41,834 nucleotides of DNA from Octopus sinensis (GCF_006345805.1 NW_021835196.1:1-41834), one strand, 5' to 3'. Counted from the first letter of the stretch, positions 25,301-37,368 are shown. Made by a program: numbers and translations. The notes: a model not told the origin generated them from the sequence alone.

Positions 25301-28195
25301 ATGGATGGGTTGACGGATGGATGGATGGATGGATGGGTGGATGGGTGGATGGTTGGATGGATGGATGGATGTATGGATGGATGGTTGGACGGATGGATGG
25401 ATGGATGGGTGGATGGATGGGTGGATGGATGGGTGGATGGATGGGTAAATGGATGGATGGATTGATTGATGGATGGTTGGATTGGTGGATGGATGGATGG
25501 ATAGTTGGATGGATGGATGGTTGGTTGGATGGATGGATGGATGGATGGATGGTTGGATGGTTGGATGAATTGATGTTTGGATTGATGGATGGATGGATGG
25601 ATGGATGGGTGGATGTATGAATGGTTGGGTGGAAGAATGAATGGAATGATGGATGGATGTATGGATGGATGGATGGATGGATGGATGGATGTATGGTTGG
25701 GTGGATGAATGGATGGAATGATGGATGGATGGATGGATGAATGGATGGTTGGGTGGATGGATGGATGGATGGATGGATGAATGGATGGATGGTAGATGGA
25801 TGGATGGATGGATGGTTGAATGGATGTATGGATGGATGGATGGATGGATGAATGGATGGTTGGATGAATGGATGGATGGATGGATGGATGAATAGATGGA
25901 TGGATGGATGCATGGATAGATGGATGGATGGATGGATGGTTGAAAGGATGGATGAATGGATGGTTGGATGGATGGATGGATGGATGGATAGATGGATGAA
26001 TGGATGGATGGATGGATGGATGGGGTAATAAATGGATGAATGGATGGATGGCTGGATGTATGTATGTATGTATGGATGGATGGATGGATGGATGAATGGA
26101 TGGGTGGATGAATGGATGGAAGTATGGATGGATGGTTGGATGAATGGATGGGTGGGTGAATTGATGGATGAATGGAAGGAATGATTGATGGATGGGTGGA
26201 TGAATGGATGGATGGATGAATGGAAGAATGGATGGATGGATGGATGGATGGTTGGATGAATGGATGAATGGAAGGATGGATGGATGGGTGGATGAATGGA
26301 TGGATGGATGAATGGAAGAATGGATGGATGGATGGATGGATGGTTGGATGAATTGATGAATGGAAGGATGGATGGATGGATGGATGGATGGATGGGTGGA
26401 TGAATGGATGGATGGATGAAGGGAAGGATGAATGGGTGGAATGATGAATGGATGGATGGATTGATGGATGGATGGATGAATGGATGGATGGATGGATGAA
26501 TGGAAGGTTTGGTGGATGAATTGATGGATGGATGAATAGATGAATGGAATGGGTGGATGAATGGATGGATGGATGGATGAAGGGAAGGATGGGTGGATGA
26601 ATGGATGTATGAATGAATAGATGCATGGAATGGGTGGATGAATGGATGGATGGATAGATGGATGAATGGATGTATGGATGGATGGATGGATGGATGAATG
26701 GATGGGTGGATGAATGGATGGATGGATGGATGGATGGATGAATGGATGGATGGTTGGTCGGATGGATGGATGAATGGAAGGGGTGGATGGATGGTTGAAT
26801 GTATGGATGAATGGATGTTTGGATGAATGGATGGATGGATAGATTGATGAATGGATGGATGGATGGATGGATGGGTTAATGGATGGATGAATGGATGGAT
26901 GGATGGATGGATGAATGGATGGGTGGATGAATGGATGGATGAATGGAAGGATGGATTGATGGATGGATGGACGAATGGATTGTGGATGGATGGATGGATG
27001 AATGGATGAATGGAAGGATGGGTGGATGGATGGATGGATGGATGAATGGATGAATGGAAGGATGGATGGATGGATGGATGGGTGGATGAATGGATGGATG
27101 GTTGGAAGGATGCATGGATGGATGGATGGATGGATGGATGGATAAATGGATGGATGGATGGGTGGATGAATGGATGGATGGAAGGATGGATGGATGGATG
27201 GATGGATGGATGAATGGATGGATGGATGGATGGATGGGTGGATGAATGGATGGATGAATGGATGGATGGATGGAGGGATGGTGGGATGCATGAATGGATG
27301 GATGGATGGATGGATGATGGATGAATGGATGGATGAATGGATGGATGGATGCATGGAAGGATGCATGGATGGATGGATGGATGATGGATGAATGGATGGA
27401 TGGATGGATGGATGGATGGATGGAAGGAGTCATGGATGGATGGATGGATGGATGGATGGATGGATGGATTGATCGATGGATGGGTGGACGGATGGATGGA
27501 TGGTTGGATGGTGGGATGTTTGGATGGATGGTTGGATGGATTGGTGAATGGATGGGTGGATGGATGGGTGAATGGATGGATGGATGGATGGATGGATTTT
27601 TGGATTGGTGGATGGATGGATGGATGGTTGGATGGGTGGATGGATGGTTGGATGGATGATTGCTGGATGTATGTTTGGATGGTTGGATGAATTGATGGTT
27701 GGATGGATGGATGTATGGATGAATGGTTGGGTGGGTTGATGGATGTTTGGATGAAAGAATGGATGGATGGATGGGTGGACGGATGGATGGATGGATGGTT
27801 GGATGGATGGATGGTTGGATGGATGGGTGGATGGTTTGATGGGTGGTGTGTGGATGGATGGTTGGATCGATGGATGGATCTATCGATGGATGGATGAATG
27901 GATGGCGGATGGTTGGATGGATGGATGTTTGGATGGATGGATGGATGGATGGATGGATTGTTGGATAGGTGGATGAATGGTTGGATGTTTGGATGAATGG
28001 ATGGTTGGATGGATAGATGGATGGATGGTTGGATGTGTGGATGGATGGATGGGTGGATGGATGGATGTTTGGATGGATGGATGGTTGGATGGATGGTTGG
28101 ATGGATGGATGGATGTTTGGATGGATGGGTGGATGGATGGATGGATGGAAGGATGGATGGATGGATGGATGGATGGATGGATGGATGGATTGATG
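16292..28195 (+). repeat. ~11.9-kb imperfect (GGAT)n tetranucleotide array, led by (GGCT)n at ~16298-16345
   Basis: Direct inspection; variant units GAAT, GGGT, GGTT, AGAT, GCAT. Confidence 0.98.
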
Positions 28196-28462
28196 GGGGT
28201 TTGTTTTGGTAGATGGGAGATTGGCAGAACGAAAAGGGAGAAAATGAAAGAATGAAAGAATCGACGAAACAGAAGAATGAGTTTCGATGTTCTTGTTTGT
28301 TTATTTGGAATCGGTTATAAGGTGTGTGAATGGGTGGGACAGGAGTGGAAGAATGGAAGAATGTGAATGAAATGAGTGTTTGGAAACGTTGACAAGAGAA
28401 CCTCGTAAATCATCCATTCCACTCAATTTGCTGCCACCTCTCTCTCTCTCTCTTTCCCTTCC

Positions 28463-28494
<32 letters not shown>

Positions 28495-28586
28495 ACGGAA
28501 GACGATGCCAGAGAAACAACCAAAAGTTGTACGGAAGCTGTTAATGATATCATCAAGCTTAATATTAGGTCTTCGGTCGGTCGATC

Positions 28587-28650
28587 GGTTGGCTGGCTGG
28601 CTGGTCGGTTGGTTGGCTGGTTGGCTGGCTGGTTGGCTGGCTGGCTAGTT
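28587..28650 (+). repeat. (GGCT/GGTT)n short tract
   Basis: Direct inspection. Confidence 0.9.
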
Positions 28651-28739
28651 GATGGCGGTTACGTGTCGTAATGATGACGATGCTGAAGGATTTGGATGTA
28701 GATGTATTATTATATGGTGGTGATGCGTTTATGTCGCTG

Positions 28740-29303
28740 CTGTTGTTGTTGTTGTGGTGGTGGTGGTGGTATTACACACGCGCGTGTGTCTGTGTGGTTC
28801 TGGTTGTGGTGATGGGTGATGGTTGATCATATGCATTCAGTGATGGTCTTTATGTGTGGCGGTGGTAATGGTAGTGGTGGTGGCGTTGATGGTGGTGACA
28901 GTGGCAGTGGTTATTGTCTGTGGTGGTGAGGGTGCTGGTGGTGCTGGTGGTGGTGGTGTTGGCCGATGGTGGTGGTGGTGGTGCTGCTGCTGCTGCTGGT
29001 AGGGGTTAGTGTGGTGATGGTTGTGGTGGAGACGGATGTGGTGGTGACAGTGGCTGTGGTTATTGCTTCTTGTTGTGGTGGTGGTGGTGGTGGTGGTATG
29101 GCATCATGTGCTTGTAATGGTGGTGGTGGTGGTTGCTGTTTGTGGTGGTGATAGTGACGGTGGTGTTAGTTGTGGTGGTGGTAGTGGTGTCATGTGTTTG
29201 TGATGGTAGCGGTAGTTGTTGTTTGTGATGTTGGTGGTGGTGGTGCTGCTGCTACTGCTGCTGCTGCTGCTACTGCTGCTGCTGCTGCTGCGCTAACTGC
29301 TAC

Positions 29304-29338
<35 letters not shown>

Positions 29339-30680
29339 CTGCTGCTGCTGGTGTTTAATGCTATTGCTGTGCGAAGATAGCGGTGTTGTTGTTATAGGAC
29401 GTTGTTGTGAGGTGACTGTGGAATTTGTGTAGTGTTGTTTGTTGTGAGGTTGGTATGTCATATGGAGGTGCTGTTGGCAAAATGGTGGAGGAGTCGTGTG
29501 GTGGCGGTATTAATGTGTGGTAACGCTGTCTCGTAGTGGAGTTTTTTTGTTTTGTAGAGTTGCCGTGAGGTAATGGGATGCTCTATGGCGATGGTGATAT
29601 GCAGTGGTGGTGGTGGTGGTGGCGGTGGTGGTGGTGATAGTTGTGGTGGTGATAGTTGTGGTGGTGGTAGTGGTGGAGACGGTGATAGCTGTGGTGGTTG
29701 TGAGCGTAGCGGTGATGGTGATGGTGGTGGTATTGGTGCTGAAGATAGTTGTGGTGGTAGTAGTGGTGATGAGGATTGTGATGGTGGTGGTGGTAGTGGT
29801 GGTAGTGATAGTGGTGATAATAGTGGTGATGATGGTCGTGACGCCGGTGGTGGTGATGGTAGTGAAGGTGGTGGTTCTGGTGTGCTGGTATTAATTAATG
29901 GTGGTTGTGGTTATGGCAATGATGACGGTGGTGAAGATGATACAGCAGTGGTGATCGTGGTGGTGGTGGTGACAGTGGTGGTGACGGTGGTGGTGGTGGT
30001 ATTGGTGGTGGTGACAGTGGTGGTTGTGGTGGTGACGGTGGTGGTGGTGGGTATTTAGAGGTGAAAGGTGATGTGTTGTGATTGAAGGAGTGGTGTTCGA
30101 ATTTACTAGATGGTGCGTGGCGGTTGTAGTACAAGGACTAGGTAGAGGTGTTTGTGGTGGCGTAAAGGGTGGAGTGGTGGAGTAGTGATTTGGGTGCTTT
30201 GTCGGGGGTTAGGGTGTATTAGGTCGTATGGGTGATGATTGATGGCAGAGTGCCTCGTGGAATGCGTTGGTAGTGGTAGCGGCGGTGTTTGGTGGCAACG
30301 TTTATGGTTAGAGTTGATGGTGGTGATGTTGGTTGAGGTGGTGGTGGTGAGAGTGGTGGTTGAGGTGGTGGTTGAGGTGATGGTGATTATCGTAGTGGTG
30401 GTGGTAGTGGTGATAGTAGTGGTAATGATGATGGTGGTTGAGGTGGTGGTAGTGGTAGTGGTGGTTGATGTGATGGTGGTGGAAGTGATGGTGGTGATGG
30501 TAGTGGCGTTGATTGTCGTAGTGGTGGTGGTGGTGATGGTGGTGGAGGTGGTGGTGGTGATGGTAGTGAAGGTGGTGGTTCTGGTGTGCTGGTATTAATT
30601 AATGGTGGTTGTGGTTATGGCAATGATGACGGTGGTGAAGATGATACAGCAGTGGTGATCGTGGTGGTGGTGGTGATGGT
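28740..30680 (+). repeat. Interrupted (GGT)n/(GAT)n/(CTG)n low-complexity region containing a 127-bp direct duplication
   Basis: (CTG/CTA)n at ~29245-29350; 29846-29972 repeated at 30550-30676. Confidence 0.9.
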
Positions 30681-31028
30681 ATATGACAGAATGGGGTTAA
30701 GGGTGTGCAGGTTCAGGGGTAGAGAGAGAGAGAGAATGGTGTGAGGTTACAGATGATTGGAAGTTGCTGGTTAAGTGCGATGGTATGGAAATTATCGCAT
30801 TGGTGATAGTACTCGTTGGTTCCGGCAATGGTTGTCGCTGATGTTATTTACTCCAGGTGAGCTTGGATTAAGCTGACTTATAATCAAAGGCTATCAAGCC
30901 ATGATCATACTGCTTACCAATCTACAGGAAAGTCAAACCAACATTACCTAACTTTAGAAGGCAATGTGCATTTGAGAGAAAGAGAGAGGGGTGGGAGGAG
31001 AGGGAGAGAGATTTGGCTGTTATGTCTA

Positions 31029-31608
31029 ATTTCTTTATTGCCCACAAAGGGATAAACATAGAAGGGATAAACAAGGACAGACAAAGGAGTTGAGTCGATA
31101 ACATCGACCCCAGTGCGTAACGGGTACTTAATTTATCGAACCCGAAAGGATGAAAGGCAAAGTCGACATCGGCGGAATTTAAACACAGAACGTAACGGCA
31201 GACGAAATGCCTATTTCTTTATGACCCACAAGGGCCTAAACACAGAAGGGACAAACAAGGACAAAGGGATTTAGTCGATTATATCGACCGCAGTGAGTAA
31301 CTGGTACTTATTTAAAATCGACCCCGAAAGGATGAAAGGCACAGTCGACCTCGGCGGAATTTGAACTCAGAACATAACGGCAGACGAAATACCTGTTTCT
31401 TTATTACCCACAAGGGGCTAAACATAGAGGGGACAAACAAGGACAGACATAGGTATTAAGTCGATTACATCAACCCCAGTGCGTAACTGGTACTTAATTT
31501 ATCGACCCCGAAAGGAAATAGAGGCACAGTCGACTTCGGCGGAATTTGAACTCAGAACGTAAGCATTTCGCCCGGCGTGCTAATGATTCTGCCAGCTCGC
31601 CGCCTTAA
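31029..31608 (-). mobile_element. SINE family B trimer (one head + three ~183-bp bodies) with an 18-bp TSD
   Basis: Units start at 31029, 31213 and 31395; head at 31561-31606; ATTTGGCTGTTAT(G/T)TCTA at 31011-31028 and 31609-31626. Confidence 0.9.
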
Positions 31609-31824
31609 ATTTGGCTGTTATTTCTACAACATTGCACAACAAGGTACAGGCTACCGTATGGCAGTGTTAAGCTAGGTTATAGATACTGGAGGAGGTGGGG
31701 CAGATAATAGTGGTAGTAATGGGGATGTATGGTGCTCGGAGGTGCGTAGTTACGGTGGTGGGGGTCATAAAATGGTAGTAGTAAGTGTGTGCTGGTAACA
31801 TTTGGGTGTAGTAATATAAGTGAT

Positions 31825-31985
31825 GGTGGTGATGGCGATGGTGGTGATGGTTGTGGTGATGGTGGTGGTGGTGGTGGTGGTGGTGGTGATGGTAGTGATG
31901 ATATGGCGGTGATGATGGTGGTGTTCATAGTGGTGGTGGTGGGCTAGTGCTGGTGGTAGAGAAGGTTGGCGAGGTGGTGGAATTG
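31825..31985 (+). repeat. (GGT)n-rich tract
   Basis: Direct inspection. Confidence 0.85.
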
Positions 31986-32571
31986 TCTGGTGGCGAATTT
32001 TGCTGGTCGTAGAATGACGTTTGTGTGTGTGTAAGGGGATAATACTATGAGATGGGGGTGGTGAAAGAATGGTTGGCAGCGAAGTGGGGAGAAGCGGAAT
32101 GAATGGTAGTAAATTTGGGAAAAAGACATGGTGCTTCAGGAAGAAAGAGAAAGCGAAACAGAAACACAAATAGAGTAAAATGGAAGAAAAGAGAAAGGAA
32201 AGAAATGAGAGAGACATACTAAGAAAGAAGGAAGTGTAATGAAAAGAAAAGAGAGAGAATAACAGTGAGAACAAAGGAAGGTCTGTTAGAGAGAAAGAGA
32301 CTTTGTATGGATGTATGTATGTAATAAACCTTAGAACGCTAGAGAAGTGAGACGCAAAAGTGAGATGTAATTCCATATGGTAGCAGCTGTCCTTATTCAT
32401 TTTCGCTTAAAAATGAATTATGAAACGGCTGTAACCATACGTATAAATGTATATATTATCGTTTACTCGTTTCGGTCAATATACTGCGCCCATGCAGGCA
32501 TACCGTGGAAGTAAACAATGCAACACTGATAAGTTTGTGGTGGAAGGAAGCAAACACACATAAAGACACAA

Positions 32572-32992
32572 TCATACATACATACATACATACATACATA
32601 CATACATACATGCATGCATATATACATACATACATACTACATACATACAATACACTAACATACATACATACATGCCTGCATACATACATAATACATACAT
32701 ACATACATACATACATACATACATACATGCATACATACATACATGCATACATACATACATACATTACATACATACATACTACATACATACAACATGCATG
32801 CATATATACATACATACATACTACATACATACAATACACTAACATACATACATACATGCCTGCATACATACATACATTACATACATACATACATACATAC
32901 ATACATGCATACATACATAACATGCATACATACATAACTACATACAACATACATACATACATCATACATACATACATACATACATACATAAT
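32572..32992 (+). repeat. (CATA)n microsatellite with an internal ~85-bp duplication
   Basis: The variant block 'catgcatgcatatatac...caatacactaac...catgcctgc' occurs twice, ~190 bp apart. Confidence 0.93.
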
Positions 32993-33004
32993 ATATGCAA
33001 ATCT

Positions 33005-33145
33005 TCTCTAAGTTTCCGTCTACCAAATCTATTCAAAAAGATTTAGTCGATCCGTGGTCTATAGTAGAAGACAATTGTCTAAGGTGCCACGCAGTGAAAG
33101 TGAACCCGGAACCATGTGCTTGGGAATCAACAGTCTCACCACGCA
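33005..33145 (-). mobile_element. SINE family A, 5' half, degenerate
   Basis: 'agtttccgtctaccaaat...agtagaagaca...tgccacgcagtg...gaacccggaaccatgtg'. Confidence 0.7.
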
Positions 33146-33266
33146 GTATATATTATAACATATGGTATATTATTCTATCATATATTTCATTATGATTTCT
33201 GAATTAAGAAAAATAGTTTTTACTGCTGTAGAGAAACGTGTTACTCATCATATTAAGTGGCGGTAT

Positions 33267-33299
<33 letters not shown>

Positions 33300-33487
33300 A
33301 GTTCAGCAAAAATTTAGATTCAGATGAATATGGTACTTAAGTTAAAGGCACCAGAATTTGGTATGGTATTTATCCATATAAATCAAATGGAATTAGTATA
33401 AACATGGACATTGTCAATTTAATTTTAAAAATTCCATATGTGGCTGAAGCGTACTCTACATTTTAAAACTGATGTAATACATTGTTA

Positions 33488-33817
33488 TGATGTGAGGGCG
33501 CGTGGCTTAGTGGTTAGGGCATTCGGCTCATGATCGTAAGGTTGTGAGTTCGATTCCCGGCGACGCGTTGTGTCCTTGAGCAAGACACTTTATTTCACGT
33601 TGCTCCAGTCCACTCAGCTGGCAAAAATGAGTTGTACTTGTATTTCAAAGGGTCAGCCTTGTCACTCTCTGTGTCACGCTGATTATCCCCGAGAACTACG
33701 TTAAGGGTACACGTGTCTGTGGAATGCTCAGCATTTGCACGTTAATTTCACGAGCAAGCTGTTCCGTTGATCGTATCAGCTGGGAACCTCGTCGTCGTAA
33801 CCGGCGGAGTCTTTTTT
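33488..33817 (+). mobile_element. tRNA-derived SINE, family E, full length with 13-bp TSD
   Basis: A box TGGCTTAGTGG, B box GAGTTCGATTCC, T-rich end; TAATACATTGTTA at 33475-33487 and 33818-33830. Confidence 0.92.
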
Positions 33818-33907
33818 TAATACATTGTTAATCAAATGAAGTAGCATGAAACGATTGTACTACACTACCTTTGGATATCCTTGTTGCTTATTTTGAGTAT
33901 ATATCAT

Positions 33908-33999
<92 letters not shown>

Positions 34000-34216
34000 C
34001 GAGGGGCAGAAACATTTCTGGTTTTAAAGGTATCGCGAAAGGCCTCCTTGAAGGACCAAATTTACGAGTTCTTTTACAGGTCTCAGGAGTTCTTTTACAG
34101 GACTGCTGCAATAAGTGCGTGAATCTAAGAGGAGAATATGTTGAATAAAATCGTAATTAACTGATCCTCCTTTATTTCCTTTTACCCAATACCAAGAACT
34201 TTTCAGCAGTCCCTCG
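34000..34216 (+). mobile_element. Internally deleted mariner (non-autonomous, 217 bp)
   Basis: TA|CGAGGG...CCCTCG|TA termini with TA duplication; retains the transposase C-terminus NKCVNLRGEYVE* (~34110-34148). Confidence 0.88.
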
Positions 34217-34347
34217 TATACACATATACTAATAAAACAATAAATATATGCAAATATGTTTAAATATATCTACACACACTGATACACATGCACACACGCA
34301 TACACACACACACACTCACACATACACTCACACACACACACACACGC

Positions 34348-34386
<39 letters not shown>

Positions 34387-34457
34387 TGAGATGCCGGAGC
34401 AGTTTTTCGCCTCGACATCCGAAACTCAGAGATTTATTATGTGAACCGAATAATTGT

Positions 34458-34505
<48 letters not shown>

Positions 34506-34614
34506 GATAAGAGTAATAATTTCTATAAAGGCTTTTAAAAAACCCCAATTATTTACTGGTAGAATTCGGTATGTAAATATAGCCGATTACCGGCAGAACT
34601 TCTGTAAAGTTCAG

Positions 34615-34827
34615 TATATATATTGTATATAAGAAAAAGGGACAGCAAAACAGGTTGCTTGACCGCATACCGAAAAAATAGAAATAGCAGTCAAGAATGC
34701 TTATTTCTATCAAAGTTGGACTCCAACTTTGATAGAAATAAGCATTCTTGACTGCTATTTCTATTTTTCGGTATGCGGTCAAGCAACCTGTTTTGCCTGT
34801 CCCTTTTTCTTATATACAATATATATA
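34615..34827. repeat. Near-perfect 213-bp palindrome (106-bp arms, 1-nt spacer at 34721)
   Basis: Arms differ only by two 1-nt indels. Confidence 0.95.
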
Positions 34828-34830
34828 TAT

Positions 34831-35007
34831 ATATAAGAAAATAGTAAAGAGTGAAAAAACGACAGAAGGCTTAAATGTTAAAGAATATATATATTTGCGT
34901 CAATATGTCTGGAGAATATTGGAAAAAATTTTTTTTCCCTTCTTATAGTGACATAATTTTATAATTTTTAAAGAAAGACCGGTTTCGCATTTACTATTTT
35001 CTTATAT
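34831..35007. repeat. 177-bp segment bounded by perfect 18-bp inverted repeats
   Basis: ATATAAGAAAATAGTAAA (34831-34848) and TTTACTATTTTCTTATAT (34990-35007). Confidence 0.8.
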
Positions 35008-35749
35008 ATTCACCCACGTGCTTTCACAAACAAACTTTCTTATCTATATATTGTTTAATCTATATATTGTTTAATCCTTGTCAGGCCATGCCTTCCCCGA
35101 CAGATAGGCCACTTGATGAGGACAGATTTGTGCAATTTCTGGCAAAAATCTTCGTTGAGGATTTTTTTTTCCTTTTTAAATTGTTTACAGGTCTGTTCGA
35201 CTGTTCCACATGACTTTATTCATTAAACTTCAGAATTTCTTATAACGTTGGTCATCGTAATACTTTGCTTTTGTTTGTTTAATAAAAGTTCCTCCTCGTA
35301 ATTATTTTGCTTTCATTTGATGATAGACAGCGATCATGCAGAAAATGTCAGATTCCAAATCCTGTTTTGCTGATTAGGTAAAACTGATTAAACTTAAACC
35401 TCTGTAATATTTTTCTGCAATTTTTCTGGAACAAATAAAGAACAAAATCGGATTTGACGTCAAAAATTATTTCAATATACCGAATTTGAAAATTTTGATG
35501 TAATTCTAAAATTTCACATGTGACAGCAACACGAAAGACCCTACAAAAGTAGAGTGACAGACATTTATAGAATGTGACAAACACACACACACACATACAC
35601 ACACACACGCTCGCGCACACACGCTCGCGCACACACAAATATACAAACACACACAGAAACACACACACACGTTTACGAGCGTACACGCAAGTAATAATGA
35701 GTTTTTAAAATGCTGTATAGTAGACATATATATATATCTATGTATATAC

Positions 35750-35981
35750 AAGGCGGCGAGCTGGCAGAAACGTTAGCACGTCGGGCGAAATGCTTAGCGG
35801 TATTTCGTCTGCCGTTACGTTCTGAGTTCAAATTCCGCCGAGGTCGACTTTGCCTTCCATCCTTTCGGGGTCGATAAATTAAGTACCAGTTACGCACTGG
35901 GGTCGATGTAATCAACTTAATCCGTTTGTCTGTCCTTGTTTGTCCCCTCTGTGTTTAGCCCCTTGTGGGTAATAAAAAATA
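35750..35981 (+). mobile_element. SINE family B, full-length monomer
   Basis: Close match to 4007-4240; possible ~23-bp low-complexity TSD (atatatatat[c/g]tatgtatataca). Confidence 0.92.
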
Positions 35982-36178
35982 TATATATATGTATGTATAT
36001 ACATGTATGTATGTGTGTGTGACTTTGAGAGCATTTCTTTGCGATTGACTGCAAAAAATGCCACCAGTGAACAACTGTTGTCATCTTACTCCTCTCTCCT
36101 TAAAGCCACGTATTCCTCACACCATTCTTTCTTTCCTTTCCTCGGCGTTTTAAAAGTTATTTATATGTATGAGCGTGT

Positions 36179-36226
<48 letters not shown>

Positions 36227-36519
36227 GTGTGTGTGTATCTATGTATTTACGAAAGTATGTATGCAGCGTCGCGTGTACCTGACTGAATGTCAGTGGTATT
36301 AACGTTACCATTCCATTGCCACTCCACATTTGTCTCTTACACTACTTTGTTCTCCCCTTCGCTGATATCAGTCACACTCACAATGTCACCGCATTTCCCT
36401 CACGCTAACAGTCTTGCACCCTTCTCAATATATCAAATAATAGCCGAAACCCGCAAGTGGGGGAGGCCCATTGTATATTTTTATTGAAATTCAATTAGCC
36501 TATAATTGAACTGGATGTG

Positions 36520-36635
36520 AGCTTAATATATATATGCAAAGTTTCGTCAAGATTGGTTCACTGGTGTAGGCAGCAAGATGGCAACAGACAGGGAGAGACA
36601 AACAAATATTGACGCTTATGTATAATATATATATG

Positions 36636-36666
<31 letters not shown>

Positions 36667-36780
36667 ATTATATAAAATCCGTTCTGTCTGTCTGTGTGTC
36701 TTCTAGGATCTCGGGCATCCTCCATCCGATTCCGCTCAAATTTGATATGTAGATACCGACGGTATCAGGGCGTGTATAAG
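36520..36780. mobile_element. Two opposed Helentron/DINE-1-like non-autonomous element ends around a (TA)n tract
   Basis: Plus strand: 'gcaaagtttcgtcaagattggttcactggt...acagacag..agacaaacaaat...tataatat'. Minus strand: 'caaatttgagcggaatcggatg...acacacagacagacagaac...tttatataatat'. The architecture resembles HINE/DINE-1 ends (recalled). Confidence 0.4.
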
Positions 36781-37279
36781 TCTTTTAAAAATAACAAAAC
36801 TCGATTCCAGGTGAGGATGCGATCGATAAAACCACGGGAACGTGCATTTGTATGCGCAAGTACATCAGCTCTTGCGATCGATACTACACATACGCGAGAA
36901 AAATGCACGTGCAGCTTGCGCAAACAAAGCCAGCTGTCTTGAAATTATGCCACAAAATGCAGTATATATAAGAGACCAAAAAAGTAAAATGCAAAAGAGA
37001 TATTTTCTTCAAATTTCGCATGAAGGAAGGAAAGACTATTTGGTTTCTTAAGAAGTTTTTTTTTTGCCTTAACTTTCTATCTTTATTTCTTCTTTCGCTG
37101 GTGTCTCAAATTTAGGTTAAAACAGGGTTTCTCAAAGGAAAGGCCTATGGGACGGTCGGACAAGTTGTTTTGAGAAAATTTGGTTTAAATATTTGACATA
37201 TCTGCACCCATTGGACGGGGGCCATTTTGCTCGTATATATAGGTAGAGATTATAATGTGTATGTGTGTGCGCATATATA

Positions 37280-37286
37280 TATTCAG

Positions 37287-37368
<82 letters not shown>

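Noticed and set aside
16171-27366. 3731-aa, 3475-aa, 1261-aa and other HPSI / MDGW ORFs as real genes
   Set aside because: They are translations of the (GGAT)n array; the same tetrapeptide appears in every frame and the lack of stops follows from composition.
29558-29569. 12-nt micro-exon candidate (ttttgtag|AGTTGCCGTGAG|gtaatg)
   Set aside because: Expected by chance in T/G-rich DNA; no flanking gene identified.
31029-31608. CRISPR-like array
   Set aside because: Long repeats without unique spacers, eukaryotic context, and identified as SINE units.
33494-33570. tRNA genes at SINE heads (also 5891, 9139, 1273)
   Set aside because: A and B boxes are present, but there is no complete cloverleaf or acceptor stem, and each runs directly into a SINE body.
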